Shown here piece after piece: positions 30,125-41,012 of a DNA stretch of 64,000 nucleotides. Positions within the stretch are counted from its first letter, which is position 1. Each line of letters begins with the position of its first letter. Made by a program: the position numbers and the translations under genes. A model generated the notes under the pieces. The model made no database searches and was not told the origin of the DNA. It saw only the letters and a list, made by a program, of their open reading frames with translations. The DNA lies in contig CAXNJO010000003.1 of assembly GCA_964202905.1 (NCBI GenBank), positions 256,001 to 320,000 of the forward strand, given 5' to 3'. The stretch is from Polyangiales bacterium. GTDB lineage: Bacteria > Myxococcota_A > Polyangia > Polyangiales > JADJQN01.

Positions 30125-31512
30125 CAGGTGCGGAGCAGCGCCGGGATCGGCGGCACGCGGAGATCGGCGGCGTCGTCGGTGAGGCCCGCGTCGACGAGCA
30201 GCGTGCGGAGGATGTGCTCCGGCCGGATCACCGCGCCGCCCGCGTCGACGCGCCCGGTCGCGAGGTCGACGGCCTGCGGCGACATCCCCACATCGCTCGA
30301 CGCGCCGATCACGGTGTTCCCGCGGATCTTCCCGCCGAGCGCGAAGCAGCTGTTGGTGAGCCAGTGGTCGCGGCCGCCGCGCGCGTTGAGGAGCGGCGTA
30401 CGCATGAACTCGCTGAAGCCGACGATCGTCGTGCGATCGAGGAACGACTCGCCGGTGTCCTTGTACGGCAGCTCGGCGAGGTGGGTCGCGAGCTTGGCGA
30501 TCGCGTCGAAGCCGCGCTGCTGCCGTGGGCCGTGTTCCGTTTGCCAGTCGTCGAAGTGCGTGTCGAGCCCGCCCGTCGCCTGCAGCGTGACGACACGGCT
30601 CACGCCGCTCGAGATGGCCTGCGCAGCGAGCGCCGCCTGCGCCTCGGGGCTGCGGAGATCGGTGGTGAAGCCATAGCGCGCGCGGAGCGCCTGCATCTCC
30701 GGCGTAGACGCGCCGAAGTTGAAGAGGGCCTGCACATCGGCCTCGAGCACCGCGCGCAGGCGCAGGCGCGACGACTCGGCCGCCCGCAGCGTCGGCGAGC
30801 CGTAGGCGCGCGCACACGCCGCGTCGTCAGCGAGGCGCATCGCGACGAGCGGATCGAGGGCCGGATCGAGCGTGGGATCCGCGCGGCGCAGCAGCGCGAC
30901 GAGGTCAGCCGCGTTCGACACGCGCACGGCCGATACCTCGACGGGCAGATCGGGGTTGAACGACTCGACGCCGACGGAGAGATTCGGCATGAGCGCCCCG
31001 TCGGGGAACTGCGCCGCGAGCCATGCGGAGCCGGATGCGCCCCGCGCGAGCAGCCCCGACGGCGGCCGACCCGTGAGGAAGCGACGACGCCCGACCTCGT
31101 GCGTGAGCGTGTCCATGCTCATGCCGCGGACCACCGCGAGCCGCTCCCAGTGGGCCGCGAGCCCGCCGATGTACGGGCCGAAGACCATCTCCGCGGCCGC
31201 ATCGGGCGAGGGCCGCACGAGCGCGAGGTCACGCGCGCGCTGCAGCTCGTACCCGGGCTGGATGCGCGTCGCGTCCATGCTGTCGGCGTCGAACACCGCC
31301 GGATCACGCGGGTCGAGACCGAGCAACACGTCCCATCCGCCCGAGAAATAGGCGAACACGTAGAAGCGCTCGTCGGCCTCCGGTCGATCCCCCGCGCGCG
31401 CGAGCCGCGCGAGCGTGCCGAGCCCACCCGCGCCGAGCGCCGCGGCGCCGCCCGCGAGGAGCATGCGCCCGAGGAATGTCCGCCTCCCCGTCCCTTGTCC
31501 GTGCTGGCTCAT
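30124..31512 (-). CDS. DUF1501-domain protein with Tat signal
   Basis: RRTFL twin-arginine; YFSGGWD, GLDTH, SEFMRTP..N..GGRDH, LGGKIRG..VIG. Confidence 0.88.
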   Translation of the reverse strand: MSQHGQGTGRRTFLGRMLLAGGAAALGAGGLGTLARLARAGDRPEADERFYVFAYFSGGWDVLLGLDPRDPAVFDADSMDATRIQPGYELQRARDLALVRPSPDAAAEMVFGPYIGGLAAHWERLAVVRGMSMDTLTHEVGRRRFLTGRPPSGLLARGASGSAWLAAQFPDGALMPNLSVGVESFNPDLPVEVSAVRVSNAADLVALLRRADPTLDPALDPLVAMRLADDAACARAYGSPTLRAAESSRLRLRAVLEADVQALFNFGASTPEMQALRARYGFTTDLRSPEAQAALAAQAISSGVSRVVTLQATGGLDTHFDDWQTEHGPRQQRGFDAIAKLATHLAELPYKDTGESFLDRTTIVGFSEFMRTPLLNARGGRDHWLTNSCFALGGKIRGNTVIGASSDVGMSPQAVDLATGRVDAGGAVIRPEHILRTLLVDAGLTDDAADLRVPPIPALLRT

Positions 31513-31522
31513 GACGTCGGCC

Positions 31523-32188
31523 TCAGTAGGTGTAGAAGTCGGGGTGATCGACGAGGGCGACGCACACGGTCTCCCACGCGCGACGCGGCGGGAGATCGGG
31601 GCGATCCGGATCGGCCACGGATGCGGCGACCTCCGCGGACGCCCGCGTGTAGAGCGTGCGCCAGGGCGTGAGCGCCGGGCTCGTCGGCGCGACGCGGCGC
31701 CCGTGGAAATTCAGGAGAAGCGCTGCGAGCGCCGCATCGACGTCCGCGGGCGCGGGGCCCTCGGCGTCGACGTCGACGGGCGCGAAGGTCCCGATGGGTG
31801 CATCGCCGCCCTCGCGATCGGCGACACGGCGACACACGTTGCGCGCCGCATCGTCGAGGAACTTCAGGAAGATCAACGACACGGCGCGATCCTCGGAGGT
31901 GCTGCTGACGTAGTCGGGCACGCCGAGCGAGTCGTCGAAGCGCACGAACTGGTTGGTCGTGCCGATGTCCCAGCCGATCCCGCCCGTCACGCGGCGCAGC
32001 GACGCGTCGACCTGCGCGATGTCCATGCGGCGCCGCTCGCGCCACGGCTCGCCGCCGACCTCGACGGGTCGCTCGTCGCCGAAGCCATGCTCTTCGAGCG
32101 ACACGGGGACGGGCCCCTCCGCGCAGGCGGGCAGGACGAGCACGAAGAGCGCGGCGAGGCCGCAGCGCGCGATGGATCGTGTCGTCAT
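31523..32188 (-). CDS. Lipoprotein, DUF1501-associated (DUF1553/DUF1595-like)
   Basis: Lipobox LPAC; C-terminal AWETVCVALVDHPDFYTY; coupled within the operon. Confidence 0.7.
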   Translation of the reverse strand: MTTRSIARCGLAALFVLVLPACAEGPVPVSLEEHGFGDERPVEVGGEPWRERRRMDIAQVDASLRRVTGGIGWDIGTTNQFVRFDDSLGVPDYVSSTSEDRAVSLIFLKFLDDAARNVCRRVADREGGDAPIGTFAPVDVDAEGPAPADVDAALAALLLNFHGRRVAPTSPALTPWRTLYTRASAEVAASVADPDRPDLPPRRAWETVCVALVDHPDFYTY

Positions 32189-33852
32189 CACAGCGCCCTC
32201 CGATACGTCTCGCTGGTCACGATGGCGCGCACGAGCTCCCGATAGCGGAAATCGCTCGCGGAGAAGCGCAGCGCGAGGTCGCGCGTCCAGGCCTCCTCGT
32301 CCTCGCGGAGCGGGCGGCCGACGAGCCACTCGGCCGTGCGGCGCGTCGCACACGCGGTGAAGCGCCCGTCGGCGAGACCGTCGCGCACGAGCCCGCGCGG
32401 GCCCTCTCCGATGTACGCGCGATGCTCGGGGCGCAGGAACTCGTAGGCGCGCAGCCGACCGAGGTTGGGCTCGTCGGCGGGCGTGAGCGCGCGCGTCACG
32501 TAATGCAGTCGGCAGCGCTCGGGGCACGTCGCGGTGTCGAGCCGACACGCCGCGCATTCCGCCTGGAACTCGGGGAAGTCGGCCGGGTCGAGGTAGGCCC
32601 CGCCCTGCTGCGTCCAGCGGCCCCAGTGCGCCGCCGCGGGCTCGAGCTGCGCGTGGCAGTAGTTGCAACCGGGTCGCAACTGGACGTCGGGCTGCTGCGC
32701 GGCGACGGGGTCGTCGGGTGCGATGCCAGTGTCCGGCGGCTGGAAGGGCTGGCAGAGAAACGCATCGTAGAAGCGCGCCGCGCGCGCGCGGTTCGTCTGG
32801 AAACGCAGGAGGTAGGTGGGCGCGGTGAGCACCCCCGCGTGCTCGGCCGGGAGCTCGACCTCCTGCCACGCCGCATCCCCGAAGCCGACGTCCGGGAGGG
32901 CCGCGACGTCGATGGACTCGGGGACGAGGGGCACGCTGTCGTAGCTGTTGCGCTGATGCGTCCAGTAGTGCGTGAGCGCGCCGTTGACGAAGGCGCGGCG
33001 CGAGGTGAGGAGCGCGTGGTAGGGCTCGTCCTCGAGGATGTTCGCCGCGATGCGCCGCTCGACGTCGCCCCGAAACGACGCGAGCACCGCCTTGCGCACG
33101 TCGGAGGTCGGGCACCAAGCGAGATCGGTTCCGCAGCCGCAGCCAGCGTCGCCGATCGCCGCGCGCGAAGCACAGTCGCGGCCCTGCGCCGAAACCGGCG
33201 CGCGCTGCGCGTCGAAGGCGCAGACCTTGATAGTGGTCGAGGGATCCCAGTAGGGCCGGACTTCGACCCAGCCCTCGCGCTGCGCGCCGTCGACCTCGCG
33301 CGTCTGCGGGCGGCCATCGGCCCCGAACGTCGCGGGCTCGTCGAGGCAGGTCACGCCCGCGCCGCGATAGGTGCGCCGCGTGTCGTTGGCAGACTGATCC
33401 CAGATGGCGGTCGTCGAGTCGCGCGAGAGGCCGCGCCGGAAGTGGAAGATCCGATCGACGTTGTCGATGTTTGGCCAGAGCAGCGCCCCGTGGCGGCTCA
33501 CGACGCGCTCGGCGAACTCGGTCGGCGGGGGCGCGCCCGGGGAGAGGCCGAGCCACGCGTCGACGAAGGTCTCCGGCGCTTTGCCGCCCGCGAGCGCGTC
33601 GTACTCCTCGACGGTCGGCACGACGCCGCGCAGATCGAGGCTGAGCGCGCGGAGGTACGCATGATCATCGAGGCGCGGCTCGAGGGCGCGGCAGCTCCCC
33701 GGCTCGTCGCACTCCGCCGGGCTCGGCGTGAGCAGCGACGCGCCGAGCGCCGCCGCCGCGATCACGCCCACACCGCCGAGGACCCCGAACGCGACGCGCG
33801 CGCGGCGCCCCAGTTTCGCGCGGCCCCGCTCCCGCTCTTCCGGTCTCGTCAT
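32188..33852 (-). CDS. Membrane-anchored c-type heme protein (DUF1549/DUF1588/DUF1585-like)
   Basis: YLRALSLDLRGVVP, HAGVLT, NRARA, CNYCH..LEP, ELVRAIVTSETY; alternative start 33867. Confidence 0.75.
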   Translation of the reverse strand: MTRPEERERGRAKLGRRARVAFGVLGGVGVIAAAALGASLLTPSPAECDEPGSCRALEPRLDDHAYLRALSLDLRGVVPTVEEYDALAGGKAPETFVDAWLGLSPGAPPPTEFAERVVSRHGALLWPNIDNVDRIFHFRRGLSRDSTTAIWDQSANDTRRTYRGAGVTCLDEPATFGADGRPQTREVDGAQREGWVEVRPYWDPSTTIKVCAFDAQRAPVSAQGRDCASRAAIGDAGCGCGTDLAWCPTSDVRKAVLASFRGDVERRIAANILEDEPYHALLTSRRAFVNGALTHYWTHQRNSYDSVPLVPESIDVAALPDVGFGDAAWQEVELPAEHAGVLTAPTYLLRFQTNRARAARFYDAFLCQPFQPPDTGIAPDDPVAAQQPDVQLRPGCNYCHAQLEPAAAHWGRWTQQGGAYLDPADFPEFQAECAACRLDTATCPERCRLHYVTRALTPADEPNLGRLRAYEFLRPEHRAYIGEGPRGLVRDGLADGRFTACATRRTAEWLVGRPLREDEEAWTRDLALRFSASDFRYRELVRAIVTSETYRRAL

Positions 33853-33863
33853 CGCGACCTCCC

Positions 33864-35306
33864 TCATTCCCGGAATCCGCCGTATTCCCACGCCTCGAAG
33901 AGCGCGAACTGCCGCTGGGACAGCGGCGCACGACCGAGCGGCATGCGCCCGGTCTCGACGTTCGCGCGGACGTCGGCGATGCGCGCCGCCCAGTCCGCGG
34001 GCGATGCGAGGCGCGTCACCGCGGGCCCCGCAGCGCCGTGGCACGGCGCGCAGTGTGTCGACTGGAGCGGCTCGATGTCGGCCGCCCACGACGCCGTCGA
34101 GATCAGCTCGAAGGTGCGGCGCGCGCGGAAGGGCAGCGTGCCGTCGTCGAAGGCGACCTCGACCGAGAGCGCGTACACGCCATCGTCGAACCCATCTTCT
34201 GAGATGGTGACGCGGAGCGGGTCCTGCGCGACGGGAAGCGACGCGTCGGCGACGCGCGCGACGACGCGTGGATTCGCCGCGCCGAGCACGTCGACCGCGT
34301 ACGTCGCGCCCATCACGACGACGGCGCCGTCGGCGGGCCCGTCGATCACGACGTCGTGGCGCGGCGCGTAGCGGACGAGCGCGCTCGACCCGCCGGACCC
34401 TTCCGCGACGATCGTGTAGAGCGCGCCATCGACGCCGACCCGCGCGCGCGCACCCACGGAGACGTCGCCGCGCACCTCGTGGAGCCGGCCGTCCGCGTGC
34501 AGCCACGCCCGCCCCGCGTCCCCCACGAACCACGCCACGTCACTCTCCGCCGACGTCAGCACGCGCGCCACGGAGACACCGTGCTCGACGAGGCGGCGAT
34601 CCGCGCCGAGCGAGACGAGCCCGCCATCGAGCACGAGCCAGAGCACGCCCGCGGCGTCCGCACCCAACGCGGAGGGCTGCGACGGCAGCACCAGCCGCGC
34701 CGTACGGAGCGCGCCCGCCGCATCCGTCCAGAGCTCGAGCACGCGATCCGGCAGCCGCACCCAGAGCGACGCGGTGTCCCCGCGCGCGCCCGCCGCGAGA
34801 CTCGCCCGCGCGAAGTCGCCCTCGAGCCCGAGCCGCCGCGCGACGCCGTCCCGCACGCGGTAGAGCGACGACGCGGTGCAGATCCACAGCTCGGGTTGCG
34901 CCGCGATCGTGCGCGCCGGGAGCACGGCCGCGTCGACGATCGGCCCGTCGAGCGCGTCGCCGAGGGGCGAGGGGAGCCACGCATCGCCGCGGAGCACGAA
35001 GGTGCCGGTCGTCGTGAGCGCGACGATCGCGCCGTCGAGCGTCGTCACCGCACGCAGCTCGCCGACGCCATCCGCTGCGCCGAGCGCGACGGCCGCGAGC
35101 GTGGGGCGGCGCGGATCGAGCGCGACGAGCACGCCCTCCCGCGCGCCGACGACCCGCCCGTCGGGGAGCGGAACGAGCGCGTCGCCCGCCGCGGCGAGCA
35201 GCGTCTGCGCGAGCGGCTGCACCGTCGCGACGTCGTCCGCACAGGCGGCGACGAGGACGACGATCCCCGCGATCGCGAACACGGTGGGCGAGACGCGTGA
35301 CCTCAC
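33864..35306 (-). CDS. Lipoprotein with beta-propeller-like region and C-terminal cytochrome c domain
   Basis: Lipobox VAAC; SWAADIEPL...CAPCH...GRMP...W; start approximate. Confidence 0.75.
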   Translation of the reverse strand: MRSRVSPTVFAIAGIVVLVAACADDVATVQPLAQTLLAAAGDALVPLPDGRVVGAREGVLVALDPRRPTLAAVALGAADGVGELRAVTTLDGAIVALTTTGTFVLRGDAWLPSPLGDALDGPIVDAAVLPARTIAAQPELWICTASSLYRVRDGVARRLGLEGDFARASLAAGARGDTASLWVRLPDRVLELWTDAAGALRTARLVLPSQPSALGADAAGVLWLVLDGGLVSLGADRRLVEHGVSVARVLTSAESDVAWFVGDAGRAWLHADGRLHEVRGDVSVGARARVGVDGALYTIVAEGSGGSSALVRYAPRHDVVIDGPADGAVVVMGATYAVDVLGAANPRVVARVADASLPVAQDPLRVTISEDGFDDGVYALSVEVAFDDGTLPFRARRTFELISTASWAADIEPLQSTHCAPCHGAAGPAVTRLASPADWAARIADVRANVETGRMPLGRAPLSQRQFALFEAWEYGGFRE

Positions 35307-35384
35307 AGGCGGGGACGATACCGCACCGAGCGCGCCGCCGTCTCGCCGCGTCGTGTCACATCCGCTCCGTGTATCCTCGGACGC

Positions 35385-38300
35385 ATGAGTCGGTCCGTCG
35401 ATGGCGATACAGCCCGCCTGCGGCGCTCGGTGCAGCGCGCCGCGCTGCTCGCGTGGCTCCTCGGGCTCCTCGGTTGCGAGGGCGCATTCACGCAGCCGCG
35501 CCCGCCCACACCGACGGGAGGCGCGTCGACCCCGTGTGCGGCCCTCGGCGTGCCCGTGCGCCTCGAGCCCGCGCGCGCCGAGACGGTCGCGGCAGGCACG
35601 CTCGTGCTGCGACCGACGGGCGGGCTCGGCGGCTATCGCTTCACGCTCGCGACGAACCAGTCCGGCGCGTCGGTCGATCGCGCGTACGGCGTGTACGTCG
35701 CGGGCGCGCCGGGCGACACGTACGCGGAGCCCGTCGACGTCGTGATCGTCGAGGCGCGCGGCTGCACGGGCCAGGCGAGCGCCTCGATCCGCGTCCACGA
35801 CGCGCTCGCGATCGCGCCCGCCGGCGTCATTGCGGTCTCGCCGGGGCAGCGCGTGGATTTCGCGGCCACGGGCGGCACCGGGCGCTACGCGTGGTCGCTG
35901 CGCGACGCGCGGAGCGGCGGCACGCTGAGCGACGCCGGCGCCTACGTCGCCGGAAGCACCGAGGGACGCGACGTCGTGCGCCTCACGGACGCGACCCTCG
36001 GCGCGACGATCGAGGCGGAGGTCGAGGTGCGCGCGGGCGCAGGGCTCCGCCTCACACCGCAGCGCTTCGTCGTGCCGCTCGGGAGCGTCGTCCCGCTGCC
36101 CGTCGCCGGAGGCAGCGGGACGGTCCGCGCGACCTCGAGCGCAGCGGGCATCGTCACGACCGCCGACGTCGGCGCGACCCTCACCGCCGTCGCCGCGGGC
36201 GACGCGGACGTGACCGTCACCGACACGTACACCGGCGAGCGCGTCATGGCGCGCGTGACGGTCGTCGCGCCCGGCGAGGCCGCGCGTCGACAGCCGGGCG
36301 ATCGCTCGGAATCGCACGTCTTCGGGGGCACCGCCGACCTCGACGGAGACGGCCTCACCGACGTCGTGGTTGGCCTCCCCGACTGGAACGCCGACTGGCT
36401 GCAATCGGGCCTCGTGCTCGGCTTCCGCGGCACGCCGGACGGGCTCGATCCGACGCCCGCCTTCGCGCTGAGCGGCACGACGCGCAGCCAGGAGTTCGGC
36501 CGCTCCGTGGCGCTCGCCGACCTCACCGGCGACGGGCGCATCGACCTCGTCGTCGGCGCACGACGCGACGATCCGACGGGTACGGACGTGGGCACGGTGA
36601 GCGTCTACGCGGGCACCGGCGAGGCGACGTGGTTCGCACCGGCGCCGGCGCGCGAGTTCTTCGGGCGCAGCGGCTTCGACCTCTTCGGAAACGCCGTGGC
36701 GATCTGCGACTTCGACGCCGACGGGCTGCGGGATCTCGCCGTCGCCGCGCCCTTCGCCGAGCTGAGCAGCGCGGTCCGCGACCACGGGCTCGTCTCGATC
36801 TTCCTCGCAGCGTCGCCGCGCTACGAATTCCTCTCGACGCCGAACGTGGTGCTCTCCGGCGCGCTGCCGGGCCCCGATGGCGCGTGGGCGCCCGTGCCGT
36901 CGATGCGCTTCGGCGAAGCGCTCGCTGCGGGCGACTTCGACGGCGACGGGGCGTGCGACCTCGCGGTCTCCGCGCTCTCGCCGGGCACCGCGCGCGTCGA
37001 GGCGGGCGCCGTCTTCCTGTACCGCGGCCGCGCGAGCCGCCCCGGCGCGCCCGGCGGCCTCGACGCGCGGCCCGCGATCTACTGGGCCGAGCTCGCCGAC
37101 GTCGACGCACGCGGGCGCTTCGGACACGCGATCTCGCTCGGCGACACGGACGGCGACGGGCGCGCGGATCTCCTCGCGGGTCATTTTCTGCACGACGCGG
37201 CGAGCGGCAGCGACGCGGGCGCGCTGCACCTCTTCCTCGGGCGCGCGCTCGACGGCGAGGCCACCGTGCCGACGCCGCTCTCCGACGCCGCGTGGATGCT
37301 CGAAGGCGGCAGCGGCGATCGCCTCGGCCAATCGGCGCGCATCCACACCCGCGCCGACGGTCGCGTCGAGTTCGTGAGCGGCGCGCCGCGCGGCGGTGTG
37401 CCGATGGGCCTCTCGCGCCCCGGCGTGTTGCGCGTCCACGCGGCCGACGGCGCCGCGACGCCATCGACGCCCGCGCGCGAGATCGAGGGCGCCGCCGCGA
37501 ACGACTGGCTCGGCATCGGCGCCGGTCCGCTGGGCGATGTCGACGGCGATGGGATCACGGATCTCCTCGCATTTTCGCCCTATCGCGACGGTGCGGAGAT
37601 CGAACGACGACCGCGGCGGGCTCTTCGCGGCGCTCTCCGACGGCGGCCTCGTCGAGCTCACGCTGCCGTTCCGCGCGTCGGGGCAGCGCATCGCACAGGG
37701 GCTCGCGTTCGTCGGCGACCTCGACGGCGACGGCCCGCCGGAACTCGCCGTCGGCGCCCCCAACGCCGACATCGCCGGCCCCGGCGCGAGCGGCTCGAGC
37801 CTCGGCCGCAACGTCGGCGTCGTGCGCGTCTACCGCGGCACCGCGAGCACGCCCTTTCAGACGCTCAGCGGCTTCGTCGGACACGGCGACAGCGACGAGT
37901 TCGGCTGGGACGTGAGCGCCGCCGGCGATGTCGACGGCGACGGGCTTCCCGACCTCGCCGTGCTCGCGCGCTCCGAGGACATCCCGACGACGCTCGACCC
38001 GGCGCTCTACGAGGTCGGCCCGGGCTGCGAGCGCCGCGACAACACGGGCGCCATCTACGTCTTCCGCGGGCGCAGCGATGGCAACTTCGACACGGGGCCC
38101 GCCTTCGTCTACTTCGGCCCCGAGGCGAACCAGCGCATCGAGCGCATCCTCGGCGGCCTCGACCTCGACGGCGACGGCCTCTCCGACCTCGTCGCGGGTG
38201 CGCGCGAGTGGGACGCCGCGGGCACGAACGCGGGCGGCGTCGCGATCGTCCGCGGCCGCGCGCCCGTGGCCGATCGCATCGTCGCGATCTGCACGCCCGA

Positions 38301-39063
38301 CACGCTCGTCCCCGGCGTCGCAGGCGAGCGGCTCGGCGCAGCGCTCGCACGTGCGGGCGACCTCGACGGCGACGGCTGCGACGATCTCCTCGCGGGCGCC
38401 CCGGAGGCCGCACCGACGGGCGCGCCGCGCGTCGCCGGCGCCGTGCGCGTGTTCTTCGGTGCAGGGACCGCCTGCGCCTCGACCGCGGTCCGCAGCGTCA
38501 CGCTCGTCGGCACGAGCGCCGACGCGCAGGCCGGCAGCGCGCTCTCCGACGCGCTCGACGTGACGGGCGACGGCGTCCCGGATTTCGTCGTCGGCGCGCC
38601 GCGCTTTCGCGACGCACGCGGCGGTGTCGGCAGCGCGGTGCTCGTGAGCGGTGCCTACGTGCGCGCTGCGATCGGCGCCGCCGATCCGCGGCCCCTCGTC
38701 GAGCCCGGCGCCGCGCAGCGCGTCTGGACGGGCACGGGCGCCGGCGAGCGGCTCGGCACCTCGGTCGCGCTCGTCGCCGGCCCGGATGGCGCGCCGGTCG
38801 CGCTCCTCGGTGGCCCGTTCGGCAGCACGGCCGGCCGCGTCGACACGGGCTCGGTCGTCGTCGTAACCATCGCACGTGATGGCTTCGGCTCGAACATCGC
38901 GATGCAGATCGCCGGCGAATCCAACGGAATCGGCCAGCTCGGCGAGACGCTCGCTGCCGTCCGCGCCGGCACGCGCACCTTCGTCGCCGTCGGCGCGCCC
39001 TTCTCGAGCCTCGTCGCACGCGAGGACGGCGCCTCGTACGCCTTCACGCTGCCCGCGCCCTGA
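35385..39063 (+). CDS. Large FG-GAP (integrin-alpha-like) repeat lipoprotein with N-terminal Ig-like domains; frameshift near 37600
   Basis: Lipobox LLGC; about ten DxDGDGxxDL repeats with FG/GAP motifs across ORFs 35385-38879 and 37396-39063. Confidence 0.85.
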
Positions 39064-39076
39064 GCGCACACGCGCG

Positions 39077-39177
39077 CATCGCGCCCGGTTCGACGGGAGC
39101 GCGCCCCCCGCGCGCCTCGATTCGACCGCGACACGCCGACGACGGCGTCGCCGCGATCCCCCGCGCCGACTAGGGCC
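39077..39177 (+). repeat. Left copy of 101-bp direct repeat bounding the island
   Basis: Matches 55597-55697 with one mismatch (39113 c vs 55633 t); offset 16520. Confidence 0.95.
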
Positions 39178-40516
39178 TCGTGCACTTGCGGTGTTGTGAT
39201 TGCGGGCAAGAGCTTGTCGTCGCGTTCTCGTGCAAGAAGCGCGGCTTTTGTCCGTCGTGCGTCGCGCGGCGCATGTCAGACGCGGCCGCGCACCTCGTCG
39301 ACGACATGCTCTTCGAGGTGCCGGCGCGACAGTGGGTGTGCTCGCTCCCGTGGCGACTGCGCATCTTGCTCGGCAACGACAGGAGGCGTTGCGCAGCGGT
39401 GATGTCGGCGTTCACGGGCGCAGTGTCGCGCTCTCTCCGACACCGGGCGAAGGCGCGGCTCGGCTTGCCGACTATGGAGGACGCACACGTCGGCGCAGTG
39501 ACCTTCATCCAGCGCTCGGACTCTGCATTGCGCCTCAACGTTCATGCGCACTCGCTGTTTCTCGATGGCGTGTATGTGCGTGACTCCATCGGCGCGCTCG
39601 AGTTTCACGCGCTCGGCGCGATCGGCAGCGACTCGAGCACGTGTTGCGCTACATGGCGCGGTCGCCTCTGGCGCTCGACCGGCTGTCGCTGCGCGAACAT
39701 GGCGCGCAGGAGCGTAGCGACGAGCACCTTGGGACAGGTCGTCGATCGCTTCAAGAAAGCGTGGCGCGACGGGACGCACGCCGTCGTGCTCTCGCCCGCG
39801 GACTTCATCGCGCCATCGCGCGGAGAGCGCGCGCAGAGAGAGCGAAGCGAGCCGAGCACGCCGAGCACGTGTGTGTGCGCTCGTGCCACCTCCTCGCTGT
39901 CACTGGATGCGCTACCTCGGCGTTCTCGCGGGTCACTCGTTGCTCCGTGCGGAGGTCGTGCCGAAGAGACTGGCCGCGCCGCCAAAGCAACTCTCGCTGT
40001 TCGATGAGATGGACGAGCCGACGACGTCAGCGAAGAGCACCACAAAGAAGACAGCCGAGCCGTCGCGACATCCATGGAGTTGGCTCCTGCAGCGGGTGTT
40101 CGCGGTCGATAACTTGAAGTGCGAGAAGTGCGGCGGCCGGCTGCGCATCGTCGAGATCGCGAAGAAGCCCGACGACATTGCGCGCGTGCTCAACGAGCGC
40201 GGCTATCCGAGAGCGCCGCCCGACGCCGAGCCGCGAGCGTCAGCGTATGGACAGCTGCGGCTCGTGCTCGGTTGAGCGGAGCGGCACGGTGAGCGGAGCG
40301 GCACGGTGAGCGGAGCGGCTGCGCACAGCGCGGTCAGGGAGACGTGCGTCCGCCGCACGAACATGCGCTGAAAGTGGGCGCTCGAGGCACGTCGACGAGC
40401 CTCCGGCAGAGCAGCATCGACGCCGAGATTGTGCTCCACGGCACGCCCGTATAGCGTTCCTCGAGGATGGAGCGTCATGGAGCACGACCGAAAGGGCGAC
40501 CGGATGGGCTATACGC
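39178..40516 (+). mobile_element. IS91/ISCR-like HUH transposase relic, copy A (most diverged)
   Basis: CCDC..FSCKKRGFCPSC zinc domain, NVHAH HUH motif, LRYMAR, CEKC; internal deletion at about 39618; ends GGATGGGCTATACGC. Confidence 0.9.
40273..40319 (+). repeat. 17-bp tandem repeat TGAGCGGAGCGGCACGG, about 2.7 copies
   Basis: Units at 40273, 40290, 40307, directly at the transposase stop. Confidence 0.85.
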
Positions 40517-41000
40517 GGCGCTATCGCTCCTGATCGCGGCGTGCGGTTCTTCCCAGGGCTCCGCTGATGGTTCGGTCGCTGACGCTCCGGCCCCTCCCGC
40601 CGCGACGCTTCGCCTCGGCGAGGGCGCGGCGGCGTTCCGCGCCATCGAGGACGGCGACACGCTGCTCGTCGCGATGGGATGTCAGGGAAGTCAGCACGTG
40701 TGGATGTCGCTTCAGAGCGAGGGGCTGGAGCCGCGGCGCATCACCGTCGAACTGTCGCTGTCGCGCGTGAGCGACGGGAGCCTCGTCACGCTCCCTTTCC
40801 GCATCGACCTCTCGTTCACGCCCGATGCATCCGGCGCGTTCGCGCAGATCACGGGTGTGACGCTGCAGGTCCCACTTCCCGACGAAGCGCTCGGGCAGGA
40901 TCTGCTGCTCGTCGGGCGCCTCGCGGATCGAGCGGGTGTGACGGCGACCTCGCAGCGTCGCGTGCGGATCGCGTGGGGGACCGAGATCTGCTCGGTCTGA
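40467..41000 (+). CDS. Lipoprotein; first about 16 codons derive from the IS end
   Basis: Lipobox IAAC; GCQGSQHVW motif. Confidence 0.7.
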   Translation: MERHGARPKGRPDGLYAALSLLIAACGSSQGSADGSVADAPAPPAATLRLGEGAAAFRAIEDGDTLLVAMGCQGSQHVWMSLQSEGLEPRRITVELSLSRVSDGSLVTLPFRIDLSFTPDASGAFAQITGVTLQVPLPDEALGQDLLLVGRLADRAGVTATSQRRVRIAWGTEICSV

Positions 41001-41012
41001 GCGTCGCGCGTC

